DNA of 64,000 bases from Patellaria atrata CBS 101060 (lineage: Eukaryota), in the NCBI GenBank assembly GCA_010093705.1, contig MU006102.1, forward strand, positions 567,548 to 631,547, read 5' to 3'. Every line of letters begins with the position of its first letter. Positions within the stretch are counted from its first letter, which is position 1. The notes below the pieces were generated by a model that saw nothing but the letters and a program-made list of their open reading frames with translations, did not search any database and had not been told where the DNA came from. Below are positions 51,276 to 64,000 of the stretch, in pieces. Both the position numbers and the translations under genes were made by a program.

Positions 51276-52056
51276 AATTAATAAGGGTTGATAAGTTATC
51301 CGAATGTTTTTTGGAATTTGTCTAGGTTTAAAGCCTACCCGGTCTAAACAACGGCAAGGCCACAAATACAACCGTTCCATCAGAGTCCATGAACCAGATC
51401 CTCCATGAGCGCCAATAAAGAATATACCATTGCCCATACCACACTATCCGTAGGAACCGCTCGGGTTCCACTGATCTCAAGCCCCAGTGTATGTATAGAG
51501 AAAACCGATTCCCAATGTAAACAGCACAAACCAGCGCAATAGCCACTTTTCCATGCCGCCCAAACGAGAGCAAAATGATACCGGGCGTCTACAGAAAATG
51601 CATCGCGAGACGCATTCAGAGAGGAGAGCCTAGGCAGTAAAAGCGCAAAGATGCTCAAATCGCAGGATTAAAACAGTCTAAAAGCAAGCAAACGCTTTCA
51701 GAAGAAGAGAAGGCAGAAAGTTTGCAAAACGCCAGTAAAAAATGTGCAAGATGCAGGAACCACCCGACAGAAATGCAGCACGAGCAACCGAACCATAGCA
51801 AGAATGCAATTAAAAACAGAACCGATTCGATGGTCCTTTGATACTGACCAACGATTCATGTTCGGCTAAAACCAAACTGAAAGACTTAAAAAACACAAAA
51901 AGTCGTGACCAAAAGAATCTCAGCTCTTAGCAAATGCTCGTACTGATACGCGCATCACTCCACGTCAAAATGAATTCATAATCGCACGTACGTCGTATGC
52001 GCGTTTCTTCATCCATGCTCTCGAAGCCGAATTCTGATAATTTCGATTCAGGATAT

Positions 52057-54357
52057 CTAACCCAAAATGGCGGTAGGGGTATGAGGTTCGGAGAAGATGC
52101 CACCATGCATATTTTGATGGAATGGATAGCCGAAGGAAACAGGTGATGCCGCTCTATCACCAATGGCAGATCCGGTTACAGGGCCTGGGGAAGTTGATCT
52201 GCTTAGGAAAGGGCTTGGGGTTGTCGAAAGATTTATCGTATCGTTAGCACCGTCAACGGGTAGGTTTTCTCGTGGCATAGGAGAAGGTGGACTATTGGTG
52301 CCGGAGTTTTGATTGCTCCCACCACTCGAATCGGTGTCGAAATCGCGAGCGCCATTGTTATAATTGTACGGTTGGGGTTGTTTCGGTGTATTTTGAGGAG
52401 AACTTGTCCCAGAGCCAAACTGTCCGGACCATTAGCATCGAAGTATGGTTTAAGCACCAGGCCTAGGAGCACGTACAAAACAAAACTTTTGAATCAACTC
52501 GTTGTATTCGGCAGACTTGACATCTGGCTTCTCTGACGACAAAACGTCTGGACGAGCGCTAGATGTGGAAACAGCGGGAGAAGTGGTAGACAAGGGACTG
52601 CTGGTGATAGATTGCTCTGTCACGAATTGGGGCTTCGATTCGACCTCTTTCTCTTTTGCTGGTGGGGTTGGATTGCGATCACCCAAAGTATTTTGGGCGT
52701 TGGAGAGCGCAGCAGAGAGAGAAGCGCCGAAGTCGTAGCGAGTGGAAAAAGCTTGCCCTGTTGGGTTAGATCGTCGTTGTGCCTGATCGGGAAAAAGTGG
52801 GAGGTTTCCTCGACCCTTGTTCTTGTTGTTCTTGAAGCGAATCGTGGAGTGCGGCGATTCGTCCATTAACGCACGAGTGGATCCGAATTCGTACTTTGTA
52901 TTGAAGCCACTTCCAAAATCATCGTCGAGCGAAGAAGGCATCGAATGAGGTCGAGCTGTAGGCGGGTGTTGTCTGCTACGTGGAATGGCGCCCAGGGAGC
53001 CTGTAGAGCCGGGGGAGCACCCGTGCGTTGCGATACCTTTTGCGTTGACTTTGATTCTCGGCTTCTTTATAAAGTCGACCTGGTAGTTCATATTATTATT
53101 GTTGTCCCAGAGCTCTTGACCATTGACATTATATCGAACACATAGCAACAAAGTCTTGCTCTCAAGATTGGCTTGGTCAGCCAGCTTGATGTTGAAGTTG
53201 AATCGATCATAACCATCATTTTGCTGCTTCTTCCGCACATCGTTATTATACTCGGCCACAACTTCCGATGTCGTCTTCCAGTAATCCAGCGTGAAACGAG
53301 CGACGACAAGCTTTTGGAATGCAATGTTAGCGACAGCCACTGAGCCTACAAGAGTTATATTGTCAGCAGACAAAAAGATCCTCTCGACCTTCACCGGCTG
53401 TGCATTACGCTCGAATGTCTCTCGAGGAAAGTTGGCAAGCCTGATTTCCCATTCCACTTTGCGAGGCTTATAACCGTCTTGATAGAATGGATACTCGTTA
53501 TCACTATCGTAGTTCTCCACCGGTGACGAGCCAGCACTGACGGCGATAGGTCGATCAACCTGAAGAAAGTGTCGCACCTGTTCGATGTCCTCATTGAAGT
53601 GTACCGCTTTAGAGAAAGTGGGTGTTCCAGGCATGCTCGATGGTCGTCGACGGGATGGTGGTCGAAGAGCTGGCTTCACAAGTTCCCCAGACTTCTTCCT
53701 CAACAACGGCGGCTTTATCCGTAACTCATCATCTTCTCCATCGTCGTCCGATGAGGTGACAGTAGAAGATTGGGGCAATACGCTGAGCTTCGATAGTTGT
53801 ATCTCGCTGGAAGAGCGGGAATGGGATATTTTTCTTGCTTCTGGAGTGAGGGCGAGAGGGCGTGAGAGTCCACCGGATCTATCAAGACCTGGAATACCTC
53901 TTAAGTGACTGGCCCTATCTGGTGACAACCCTCGCTTAAGATCGATAGACTGGAGTGCTTGATGAAGCTCGACCAAATCGTTCATACTTCGTCCCCTTTC
54001 TTCATCGTCCGAGTTCTGCAACGAGTCCGGAGGTGTGGTAACCGCCCCTGATGGAATCAACGAATCGTTCACAGGGGAAGGGGCTTGACGGAGGCTACCA
54101 TTTGTTGAAGGGACTTTTCCATCCGACCCCGGATTTACAACACCTTGAGACTGGTCGCCATTTGCTTGCGAGATTGACGGAGACCGCCTGTGCTTGTTTA
54201 GATAGGATGTGGAAGAAACTGATCTTGGAAGTGCGGGCCGAGGAACATGATTTGGTCCAGTAGGAAACTCTGAGCTATACGAGTGGGACCGACTGATAAC
54301 GGGACTATTCGCTTTGGAGCTTGCAGGCGACCGCTGAGAGGGTGGTGTGTACGGCAT
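52057..54357 (-). CDS. GAC1: Protein phosphatase 1 glycogen-targeting subunit (Gac1-like, CBM21), 2 exons
   Basis: LLRKKSGELVKPALR, RVxF-type KAVHF, CBM21 GSVAVANIAFQKLVVARFTLDYWKT...YDRFNFNIKL...ELWDNNNNMNY; intron after KFCF joins to FGSG...EPHTPTAILG*. Confidence 0.9.
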
Positions 54358-55249
54358 CCCCTTGATTTCGCGAATATACGAAGAGAGGGTACTACGGTTG
54401 AAGGTTCTAGGATGTAGAGAGCATTAAGGAAGAAGAAGGAATTAAAATAATGAAGACACTATGGCTCGCAAATATCAGTCAGTTCAAGTTCTTTCAAACT
54501 AAGAGATAAAACAGGTCCGAGACCACAACGATGAAGACAAACTATGCAGAAACCTAATTGACTCACAGAAAGAGTTGAAGATACAAAGGTTGGTTTGTCC
54601 TCGGGGTGAAGGCACTGGGTGCCGATCTTGGAGTACTAAACCGTGACGAAACAGTAAAGAGGTCCAACTAATTAAAGTTGCGACGCGACTCTGTGGTGAA
54701 GAGAAGCAAAGGTGTTGCTTTCTTTGGACGAAATTCTTTCCCGGTGGGTTGAAGAAAGCGAGACCGGTGGGTTCCGGTTGAGTAATCCACCTGCGATGGG
54801 ATTTGTGATATGGGGATCCTGCTGTGGTTAGAGGTGCTGAATTGAGCAAGAGGTTGATAAGCTCGCTCTCTCTCCTCTTGACCGTAGGAATATATGAAGC
54901 TCCAAAGACGAAAAAGAAGTCTTGGGCAAGGGCTCGCAATGGCCTAGATAATGATTGAGGGAGGATGAGGATGGAGGGAGAGAAGGAAGAGAAGAATAAG
55001 GTTGTGTTGAGGGAGAAGAAACCTAGGTGGTGCCAGGATGGGTATTGGGGCAACGATTTCGGATGGAGCAGCCAGGATCAACTCGATAACGTTAGAGCTC
55101 GATGGCGAACATGGGCGCCCTGGTCTGCAAGTCCTTGGTCGTCTCTTTAACTCTTCTTTAGCACCTCGCAACCTAAAAGGCAAAAACCCTTGACCTTGAA
55201 CTTGCCCTTGAACAGCCAAACGCGAAGCACAAGCCCTTCTTCCTGCAAC

Positions 55250-55296
55250 GAGAACCTGCAAAAGACCTGCAAGACCTGCAAGACCTGCAAGACCCG
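55250..55296. repeat. 9-bp tandem repeat (ACCTGCAAG) x ~4-5
   Basis: acctgcaaaagacctgcaagacctgcaagacctgcaagacccgca, upstream of the Gac1-like gene. Confidence 0.8.
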
Positions 55297-58200
55297 CACC
55301 GATGTATGTGTGTGAGAGAGAGTTTGGGCAAGGAAGCTGGTAAGTACTTGATGGGCCGAAGGGAACAACCCCAACAATACACCAAACGACCAAGGGAACC
55401 GTTCAACTGAGACCGCAGCAAAGTACCGGTGTTGAGGGGCTTGTTGTGTTGATACGGGCTACTTTGAGGCTTCAACAGAGGAAGACAAAGCGGCCGGTGC
55501 GCCTGTATAATCTTAGCCTTTTCACCTTTTCACTGTCGGTTTTGCTTTAGCGTGGGAATCTTGTTTTATCGATGCTGTGGTTACAGCTTGGGTACAGGTA
55601 AAGTACTTGAGGCAACCCAAGAGGGATCTCTGTTCCTTGATTGCTTGCTTTGATCGGTGGGATTATCCTTTACTCCTGTTGGTGATTACAAGAGCAGCCC
55701 TAAAAAGATGGTATGTAGGCGGAGGGGAGGGGCGGAAATTGAATGACTGATTTCTGGGTCACTCGTACAATCGACAGATTTGACAAACGCTGCAACTGAT
55801 ATTACAATAAGGTATGATAATTATCGGAGACCGGCCACTCCTCCGCCTACTCATCACATTTGTGACGTGACTATGTACAGCTATACATACGTGAACATCT
55901 GGTGAATCTGTGATAAGAATGTTTAAGAGTACGAAGATAATCGGAATGCACCGCGGCCGTACAAAATGGCAAAGGTCAATCGTCCGCACCATTTCAACTC
56001 CGTTGTCAAAACTCCTTCAGCTCCGCCGTTAAGGTAAATTTGGCAAATTGTAGATGTCGCCTTCATCTCTCGTGATCATTTCATGGCAGGAATTCCCCTA
56101 ACTGGCCGGTTTTGTCAAGCCTCCGGAAGAGGTTTCGACATCAGCGATGTGGGCGGCTGAGAATTAGCAAAAGTTCCTTCAAACAAGGTCCCCAATAGAT
56201 TGTGCACGGGGTATCATGGATGTCTCGTACCGTTTTACGCCGATTTCATCGCTACACGACACAAATGAGCCACCCACGTTTGCGGCATCCAAGAACTCTA
56301 GACAAACTTTACAATCCCATCTTCAGGGCAGTCCGTTCGATCACCTAAATTGTTAGATATGATATACTAATATCAGTAATCGCATAATATTACCTTATAG
56401 TTTACACCATCTAGTCGACCACGGGAATTCCACAATTCCGCAAAGCTGCACGGAGTTTGCATGGGCTGCAAGAAGATTTAGAAGACCGTTTCACCCCTCC
56501 GAAACCTGTCAGGCCGTACCGCCGTTACTACTCCTCCACAATCCAGAGCATGCTTTAAAGAAGCGCAATGAACGGCTTGACCATTGTCCTCAGCATAAAC
56601 CTCTCTCGTGAACTTTTCTTACTCCTCTAGCCTCTGCAACTGTTCCAGGAGGGGCACGCCGGGGCTTACTATACGAGATACTTGGGTACGTGCATGTTCT
56701 AATGATGTCAGGAAAGTGGCCAAAGCGCCAAAAGCGCTATCTGTCGCAAAACAATGACTAAGGTACTGTATGAAGCTTCCATTTTCACAGCTTCTCCTCT
56801 AATTCAACCTCGCCGTTGAGCTGTTCCGATTCTTTTCATTTAGTTATCGAAGTGTTCTGTCATCAGAATCTCCAATCATATCAATAACTCTTCTTCTCAA
56901 CGCCTCATTATCAGCAACAGATTTTTTTTTCTTCCTGGTCAATCTTTCCGCTTGCGGTTCGACTGTCGAAAAGGCGGTGGGCGAAACGAATCAGTCGATA
57001 TGTTGGATTGACCAACCAAACGCTTCATCTCCGAACTGCATACGCCACTGCCAATGAATGCGCCAGGAGCAATTTCTGGAACAGGCGTCGCAACCTGCAA
57101 CCTGCACACCTGCAAGTCCGTTCAGAGCCCTAAAACCTAATAGTAATGCTTGCACCTCACTGCACGACGCGCTTCCAAACCACACAAACTTAAGCGAATG
57201 TGAGTTCCGTATCCACCAAAATTTTTACAGTCGTCAACATGCTATTTTCCCTAAAAATGCAAATCCCATCTCCACATCATTATGATACAAGCGTAATTTG
57301 AGATACATGCGCAAATATGGTCTACTATAAACGTGCATATTCTTTATCCTGAAGTTCTGTAGTCACCCAGATCTCCCGTCCTGCTCTGGCAGTAGTGGAG
57401 CCGTCGACCGTATAATTATGGTTCCGGGACCGGGCGGGGTAGATCTTGACGCGCCCCAGTCACCCTGAGGGACCGCTTCCGCCGCCGGTCGGATCCAGAG
57501 CCAAAGGTACAAGAACCCGCCAGGACTGCACAACTTCCATCGGTTCACGACTACGCAGGTCGTTTGCTCGTTCTAGAATACGTTCAGTGCAGCTCCCAAG
57601 ATGTCTAGAGACACATATCTACATCTTCTTTGGCTCGGTAGTATGACGAAGGCGTGTCTTCCCCGCAATCCACTATAATTTCTGATATAGGGGTCCTTGC
57701 ACGTTATGGATCGCTTGAACTCTCATACTTAAGATTACAACGTACCAATATGCATCTTGACTCGGCATACGGTAGTCAATCAAACAACAGTTTTGATTTG
57801 TATTCTGAAATCTCCTAAGCTTCAGATATTTTCAAACATAACGTTCCAGACTGACTTGCAACTGTGGTGAACAAACCGTATCCAGTTACTATGGAGACTG
57901 AATTCTGAAATCCTCTCTAAGCTAGTCACAACTGCATCCGAAACAAAACAGCGAACATTTTTCATTATCTAAAAGTCTCCTAGCGTTTACAAAGCACTTG
58001 GAACGGTTATAGTCAAATTAGTCAATAGATTCAGCACTGATAGAACATCTGATACGAATTTGTCTAGGCTACGGGCTCAAGAACGATAGGAATCTGATAG
58101 CCTGATATTTGAATGTCGATGGTTCGCAAACGGTTTAGCGTCCTGTTCAATCTGCAAGCCACGATGACGGCTATCAGCGCCAATCCTGGGCGGCGGACCG

Positions 58201-61200
58201 GATTCTCACTGGCTGTGCTTTTCGATGTGGCTAACAAAAACAAAGATGCAGCCCCAGACCCGGATTGGTTTGGCTCATGTCTCCACGCGTTCAGCCGCTT
58301 GAGGGTAAGTGGAGAGCGCTAACGGTGGGGGTTCCCTGCTTCAGTCACTGCTGTAGCTTCACTTTACCTGAACCTTTTTTTAAAATTCGAAGAAACCTGC
58401 TTCATCTTACTATTTTTCAAGTCGATCCGTCGATCTCTCTTAAAACCGATCTGAAGCTGATCTTCAGCTCGCCGAGTTGGAGCACTTCTTACTTTACTGA
58501 ACCTCTTCAAAGGCATATCTATGAAGTACAGTACAGTATCTCCATCTTGCAAATCATCTGAAATGTGTTCACAGAGATACAGTACAAGCGACAACTATGC
58601 TACTTTATTTCAATCGGCGATGCCGAATATCTTTACATCATCGTATTCTGGGAAAATATGATGACGTCTAATTTCGCTAAACGCACAAAGTACGGTGAAG
58701 TAGTGAGGATTTTAGGCCCAACCGTTTCACAGTCCCACCCGCGTGAAATTCCTAAACGTATTATTTCTTCAACGTCGCGATGGGAAAGACAATCCGATCG
58801 ATCTTCAAAATTTTACCCAAGAATGGTAATTTCGGAGCTGCACTACGAATCACAAACTGGAAATATTTTAAGTTTAGAATAAGCAAATGTACTCGATGCA
58901 ATCCGACCTCTTTCCACTATGCTGATTGGATGTTGAGCAATATCAGTAAAAAGTCCCGAAACTAGAAATTCAGAATAATGACGAAAGCGTCATCCCGCGC
59001 GTTGATCAGTTCTGCACTTTCTCCGTGCAAAACACACCCCGTGATCACACTTTAAGGACGGTAAGACGACACTGCGACAACGCAAAGCCACCACGGCCAC
59101 TTTGTATTCGGAGTCCGTCGAATGTAGGACCATGCAACAAGTCATCAGATCTATTTTCTTGTCTCCATCAACTAACGAGCTCCGTACATGACGATACATC
59201 GCATTTTGACCAGCTTCTCCGCATTCTAAAGAGCCAATTCAACTTCCGTTCCTAATAGTTTGTCCCACAATCGCCTTGTTCCGGCGAACAACGCTCCGGA
59301 GACTCAAATTATCCAATGGTCGTGGCGGTGAGAAGCCACGAAAGGCCAGTAGATGCATCAATACGATCCTCTCTTCCAGGTCTCTCGGTACCTAACCAAG
59401 GCCGCAACCTCACAGCCGGTCCTCTGTACCATAGAGTGGGCTCCAAAAGATGATGGCCGGGTTTTCACCAGGTTTATTTACCCTTCAAAGGTCCACTCAA
59501 GACCTGGACTTCTGTACTGACCCAGGACGCTGCTTACGCAGGCGAAATAGAATTGATCCAATGTAGATGCTTCGTATCTTCCTGCACTCTCCCTCTGCCA
59601 ATGTATGGAAGCCTAAGAAGATGGATTTGCCGTACATCCGATCACGTTAGATCATATGGGGTACATAAACTCTGCATCTATCGGCCGTCCCTAGAATCAA
59701 GGCTCCCGTAAAGACGTTATTCTGACAAGATATGTTAAGTCTTGTCATAGGCTTTCTTTGGCAGTTGACAGTTTGGCATCCAACCGCCAGGATGCGCTAT
59801 TAAAGGTAAAGAAGCGAGCCCACGTTGGGCACGGCCCACTTTTTCGGCGATTATCCTCTCGGAATCAACCGAGCCCACCGATCTACCCCCTTGAACCCAT
59901 GTTATCCAGACACACTCATCCCACGACCTTACCGCAACAGCCTGGGAAACTTTCTTCCATCAACAGCAAAGCTCATCTGATTAATCAATACAGTAAGTGA
60001 GCGTTGTACGCGTCTAATCACTTTACACTATCAGAGTAACTTTTATTGTTGTTGCAGAAGTGTGATCACTTCCGTTCCGTTCCGTCACACTCCTATCGAT
60101 GCATGTCAGCACCCCACTTCAATGCAATCAATAGAGCTCCAGGTCGGTACAAATGAGCACAATATTCATGATAGATACCTTGATGAAACATTTCTTTCCC
60201 TCTCTTCTATAAGTCCAACATCATTCAAAATGGCATCTCATGGGAAGTTGAGGTTTACATTGCAATGTCACAAGATAAGAACGTTTCATCAGTTCAATCT
60301 TCTTGTCTCCAAGTCCATGGCAGTAAGATGGATCTCTTTTCCTTTCGTATCGATAGATAAACAGCTATCTTCCGTCCCTTTCCGAGAACATGCCCACACA
60401 CCACACACATACGCGCACACACGCATCCACATCACTGCACATCAATCTATTTACCCTTTCTTTCAAGCATCCCACCGTACCTACCCAACAACCACTCCAA
60501 CCTCCATCCCATTCACCACTCTAGCCCTAACGCCCTATTTCATACCGTACACTGTAGCTTGCGGTCCTTCCCATTCTAGCTCACGATCCTACCCACCATT
60601 CTACACACACACATCCCAAATGATCCCATCTAGTCCCCATCGAACCCAAACAAGCTTTCCTCTTCCCCTGCCCATCCTTCTTGTCAACGCATTCCTCATC
60701 ATTCCTATTTATCCGGAAAGTCATAGTTTCCTTTCCTCGACTTCTGCAACGCTTCAACGCTGAAGAGTACTGGGCGGTCAGCCCACCATCACGGTCACCG
60801 GCGCATAGGCTCCTCTCTTGGGCAACAGCGTAGCTTCTGAAACGGTAAGGATCGCGTGCGTGCATACAGGAATATCAAATATATATAACTGTTATGCGCG
60901 TACTAGCTCCCCTCTCGCGGGTCCTTCCACACTCTATACGAAAGCTATGCATCCAAGATGTTAGAGAACTTTGCATCTTCACTGCATCTTCTTTAAGAGT
61001 TCACTCGTACGAATCGGCCCGTTATCAAACGCTAGAATAACAAATAAACAAGCAAACAAACAAACAAGCAAACACACCCTCAATTTATCGTTCATAATTT
61101 TGTCTAGAATTTCTCGCACCCCTCCGCCGTTGGCGCCAACACCCTCTCCGCCCGCCAAGCGCTTGTCTCGATAAGACGATACAAATGCTCGACTTCGGCG

Positions 61201-64000
61201 GATATACGTACAGTTTTTCTCGTACGATATCAATTATTTGAGAAGAACAATAATGGAATTTTGGAAATATAATTTAAGAGATCCTTTTCCTATTGTATTG
61301 CTGGCGAATTTTCTGTTCTATCAAATTATTATTTCTCATGCCAATGTCTTCCATTTTGTCGCATATTGTACTGTCCTTCGTATTACGTTATCACTTCGGT
61401 TTTTTCGCGGCGGCGAAATAGCCTAGCTGAGATAAGGTAAGGTAGGGCGGAACCGGTTTCCTACTGTAACAAGGTCCTTCCGTTCCGTACCTGTTCGAAT
61501 ATCGCGATTCGCGATCACGTACATAGTTCTCTTTGAAAGTTTTCAAATATCACTTTCATGCTACACTCTTTAGGTTTGGTGTCGAGAGCCCTTCACCGCT
61601 CCCCCAACTTCCCTAAATACACAAAACGTCCCTATGCTGGGCTTCATCTCGATCTCAATCTCAGATATGCAGTAGTACGGTGGGCAAATGCACGTCCTTA
61701 CCTTACCATCCCCTACCTTCATCCCAACCTAAGCTTCAGATTCACAGAGTTCCGGTACTCCTCCACCGCACCGATGCAAAGATGCCCAATCCCGCTCGGC
61801 GCCTCCCGACGCAGGTGCGGACGAAAGTGGAACTGAAATGAAGACGAATGCAAACTGCACGCTTCCTCTATATGAGTTTGAATTTGGAGCGCGGCTGGGA
61901 GGGGAGAGGGGGGGGCCAAATTAATTGTGGAGCGGAAGGGGTAAGAATAGAAATAAAAGTGGAGCGCGTCTGCATGGCTCAAGGGCTCGTGAAATATGGG
62001 TAGATGAGGTACCCACGTGCGTGCAAGTTTAGGGATGGGTCTGCAGTTGGCTGCAGCTTTGTCGTTTTGAGGTTCGAGGTAAGATCTTGGATGGATATTT
62101 GCAGTTGGAGGGGATTTGACGCGATTGTGGACGTGGGTCACTCTAGCGATGTCTGCTCAGCTAAGCGGGAAGTAAATTGATATTTCACGTGCGCATACTG
62201 TCGACTGCACCATGCTGACGATAAACGAGATTAATAGGCCGTGGTACGAGTCTATCTGAAAAAGTGGAAGTAGTATTTTGGCTGCACGGCCAGGGCGAAG
62301 AAAGACATTTGAAGAGACAAGCAAAGAATATCGTCGTTTGAGGTATCGAGAGAGGTAAAGATCGTCCGGATATAAAAAGATACCTACTTGGCATATGAGG
62401 AATTTGAGAGACAGTGTCCATATTCGTGCAGTGGAATCCTAATCATCACTTTACATTAGGTATATGCAGTGTCACTTCCAGCACTCTGGAAGACGGTCGT
62501 GCGGTTTTTGACAGATGATAGACGAGAGCGGCATGTTCATTCCGAGACGTCTTGAACGACCTTAATCGGACGACAGCGATCGTCCGCAGATTGCCTTTCC
62601 AATTCGTCCTCCAGTACGATACCCATGCGTAATCCAGGTAGATGGTTGTTCGCCTGATAAACGTTCGGAAATATCTCCGGTCTCCTCAGGATATAACTGA
62701 AGGGGTGATTTAGAGTTTGATTGTTGTTGACCGTTGAGCTCCAATCGTTAGTGGGCGACACAGAATATGTGGGCCTGTGGTAAGGTATGACGGGAACCAT
62801 CGTCGTCATATAAGGCCAACGCACAGCAGAATCCTACCTATCGTGTTATTAGCAACATCATGAACGCCAGTTCGTGAGTACAAAGATACGTGGTTCGTCC
62901 GCCATCCAGACCAATGATTAATCACAGCCTCAATAAGGGTAAGGTGGAACGCGTTGTGCTCACTCCTCATGTACTGTACGTCCCGAATAATCAATCAATC
63001 ACGCATGATCCCACCCCATTGTCTTTTGACAGAATAATTGTAATCCACTGCATCTCCTGTACTTCCTATCATCGTACAAGGCCCGAATAAGATATTCAGC
63101 GATAGCAAGATGGTGTTGTAAGAATCTCCATCTTTCATAGATGGTAAAGATCAGCGGATTGCATTTGGGAGATAACGGCCCTGTCCACAGGAACCACCAA
63201 AACGAGGACAAACGGTTATATGGAAGGTTCAGACAACGCCCAGGAAGAAGGTTGAAGCTACAGGAGGCAGTGATTTTCCCTCGAGCGGTTACACAATGTG
63301 CCAATATGAGGTAGAAGTTTCGTACGACTGCTTTCGGGGTGCCTACTGGAGCCTACTGAAGTCGTATGCGTCAATTGCGACAATCATGGAGGGGTATGAG
63401 GGGCAGAACTGTGTACCATCAGTAGCTTAAGGTGTAATGTAATTGTAAGACCAGCGCCACTGTCCAAGGCTACTACATATCAGATAGGTGGTTACGAATT
63501 TGTAAAGCAGAAGCACAGTGATAGTCTTCGAGAAGACGATATCGCCGAAGATCCCTTTCTCACATCATACAGTCTGGAACGATTACGATTGTGTGTGTCT
63601 CATCGATGAGGTTTCTCAGTGGAACGACATTACTATTGCATAATATTGCAGCGATTGTCGTATGTTATAACAGATTTGAGACAGTAGTGGTCCTTGGTTG
63701 AGCAATTGGACCGTCTTGGATCAAGCAACAGCTTGAGTGACTCTGGATTCTGGACCCCTCGCCGGTGTCCATAGCGACATGGAGACCCTGATCGTCTTAA
63801 TAACTAGTTGCCGTTACCCGTCAATTGAATCCGAGAGCAAGCGGTCCGCATGAAGCCGCAGGCAGGGTCTCATTTAAGTCTGCATCCAAACTGCAAGATA
63901 AGCGTTCTCAGACGAACGAGTACAAGGGTCAGGAACTTTGATGGATGACAATCATGAGACAACCATTTCAAAAGTTTCTGTTATCTGGCCCCCTCGTTAT

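Noticed and set aside
60062..60763. 233 aa ORF in the gene-poor region
   Set aside because: GTG start, H/T/P/S low complexity derived from CA-rich DNA, no recognisable domain.
61400..61520. GTTCGAAT-containing segment as a possible tRNA
   Set aside because: No cloverleaf pairing or acceptor stem could be built.

Overview
Eukaryotic DNA from a filamentous ascomycete (short GT-AG introns with CTRAY branch sites; the gene set looks Eurotiomycetes-like, which is inference). About 17 intron-containing or single-exon protein genes lie between 1 and 54.4 kb: Sec61-beta (runs off the left edge), a conserved hypothetical protein, an F-box protein, a small multi-pass membrane protein, a Bud21/U3-snoRNA-associated protein, a Sel1/TPR-like protein, an INO80F/Nhp10-N-like protein, a ~1650 aa coiled-coil/HTH protein, a USP34-like deubiquitinase, RNase P/MRP Pop3, an isochorismatase, a Cid1/Cid13/CutA-family RNA nucleotidyltransferase, a RING-ZZ-SH3 protein, calmodulin, syntaxin Tlg2, an EBP/EXPERA protein and a Gac1-like PP1 subunit. 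The last ~9.6 kb has no recognisable gene. Non-genic structure includes a 100-N gap, a 2 kb degenerate 20-bp minisatellite with higher-order repeats, a 12-bp repeat tract and a 536-bp MITE-like element with GGGG ends and a 5-bp target duplication. The most striking observation is that the Bud21-like gene carries, in frame and with its own intron, a ~175 aa segment resembling the N-terminal domain of fungal family-2 glycosyltransferases, i.e. an apparent chimeric gene. All family assignments come from motif recognition, not database searches.
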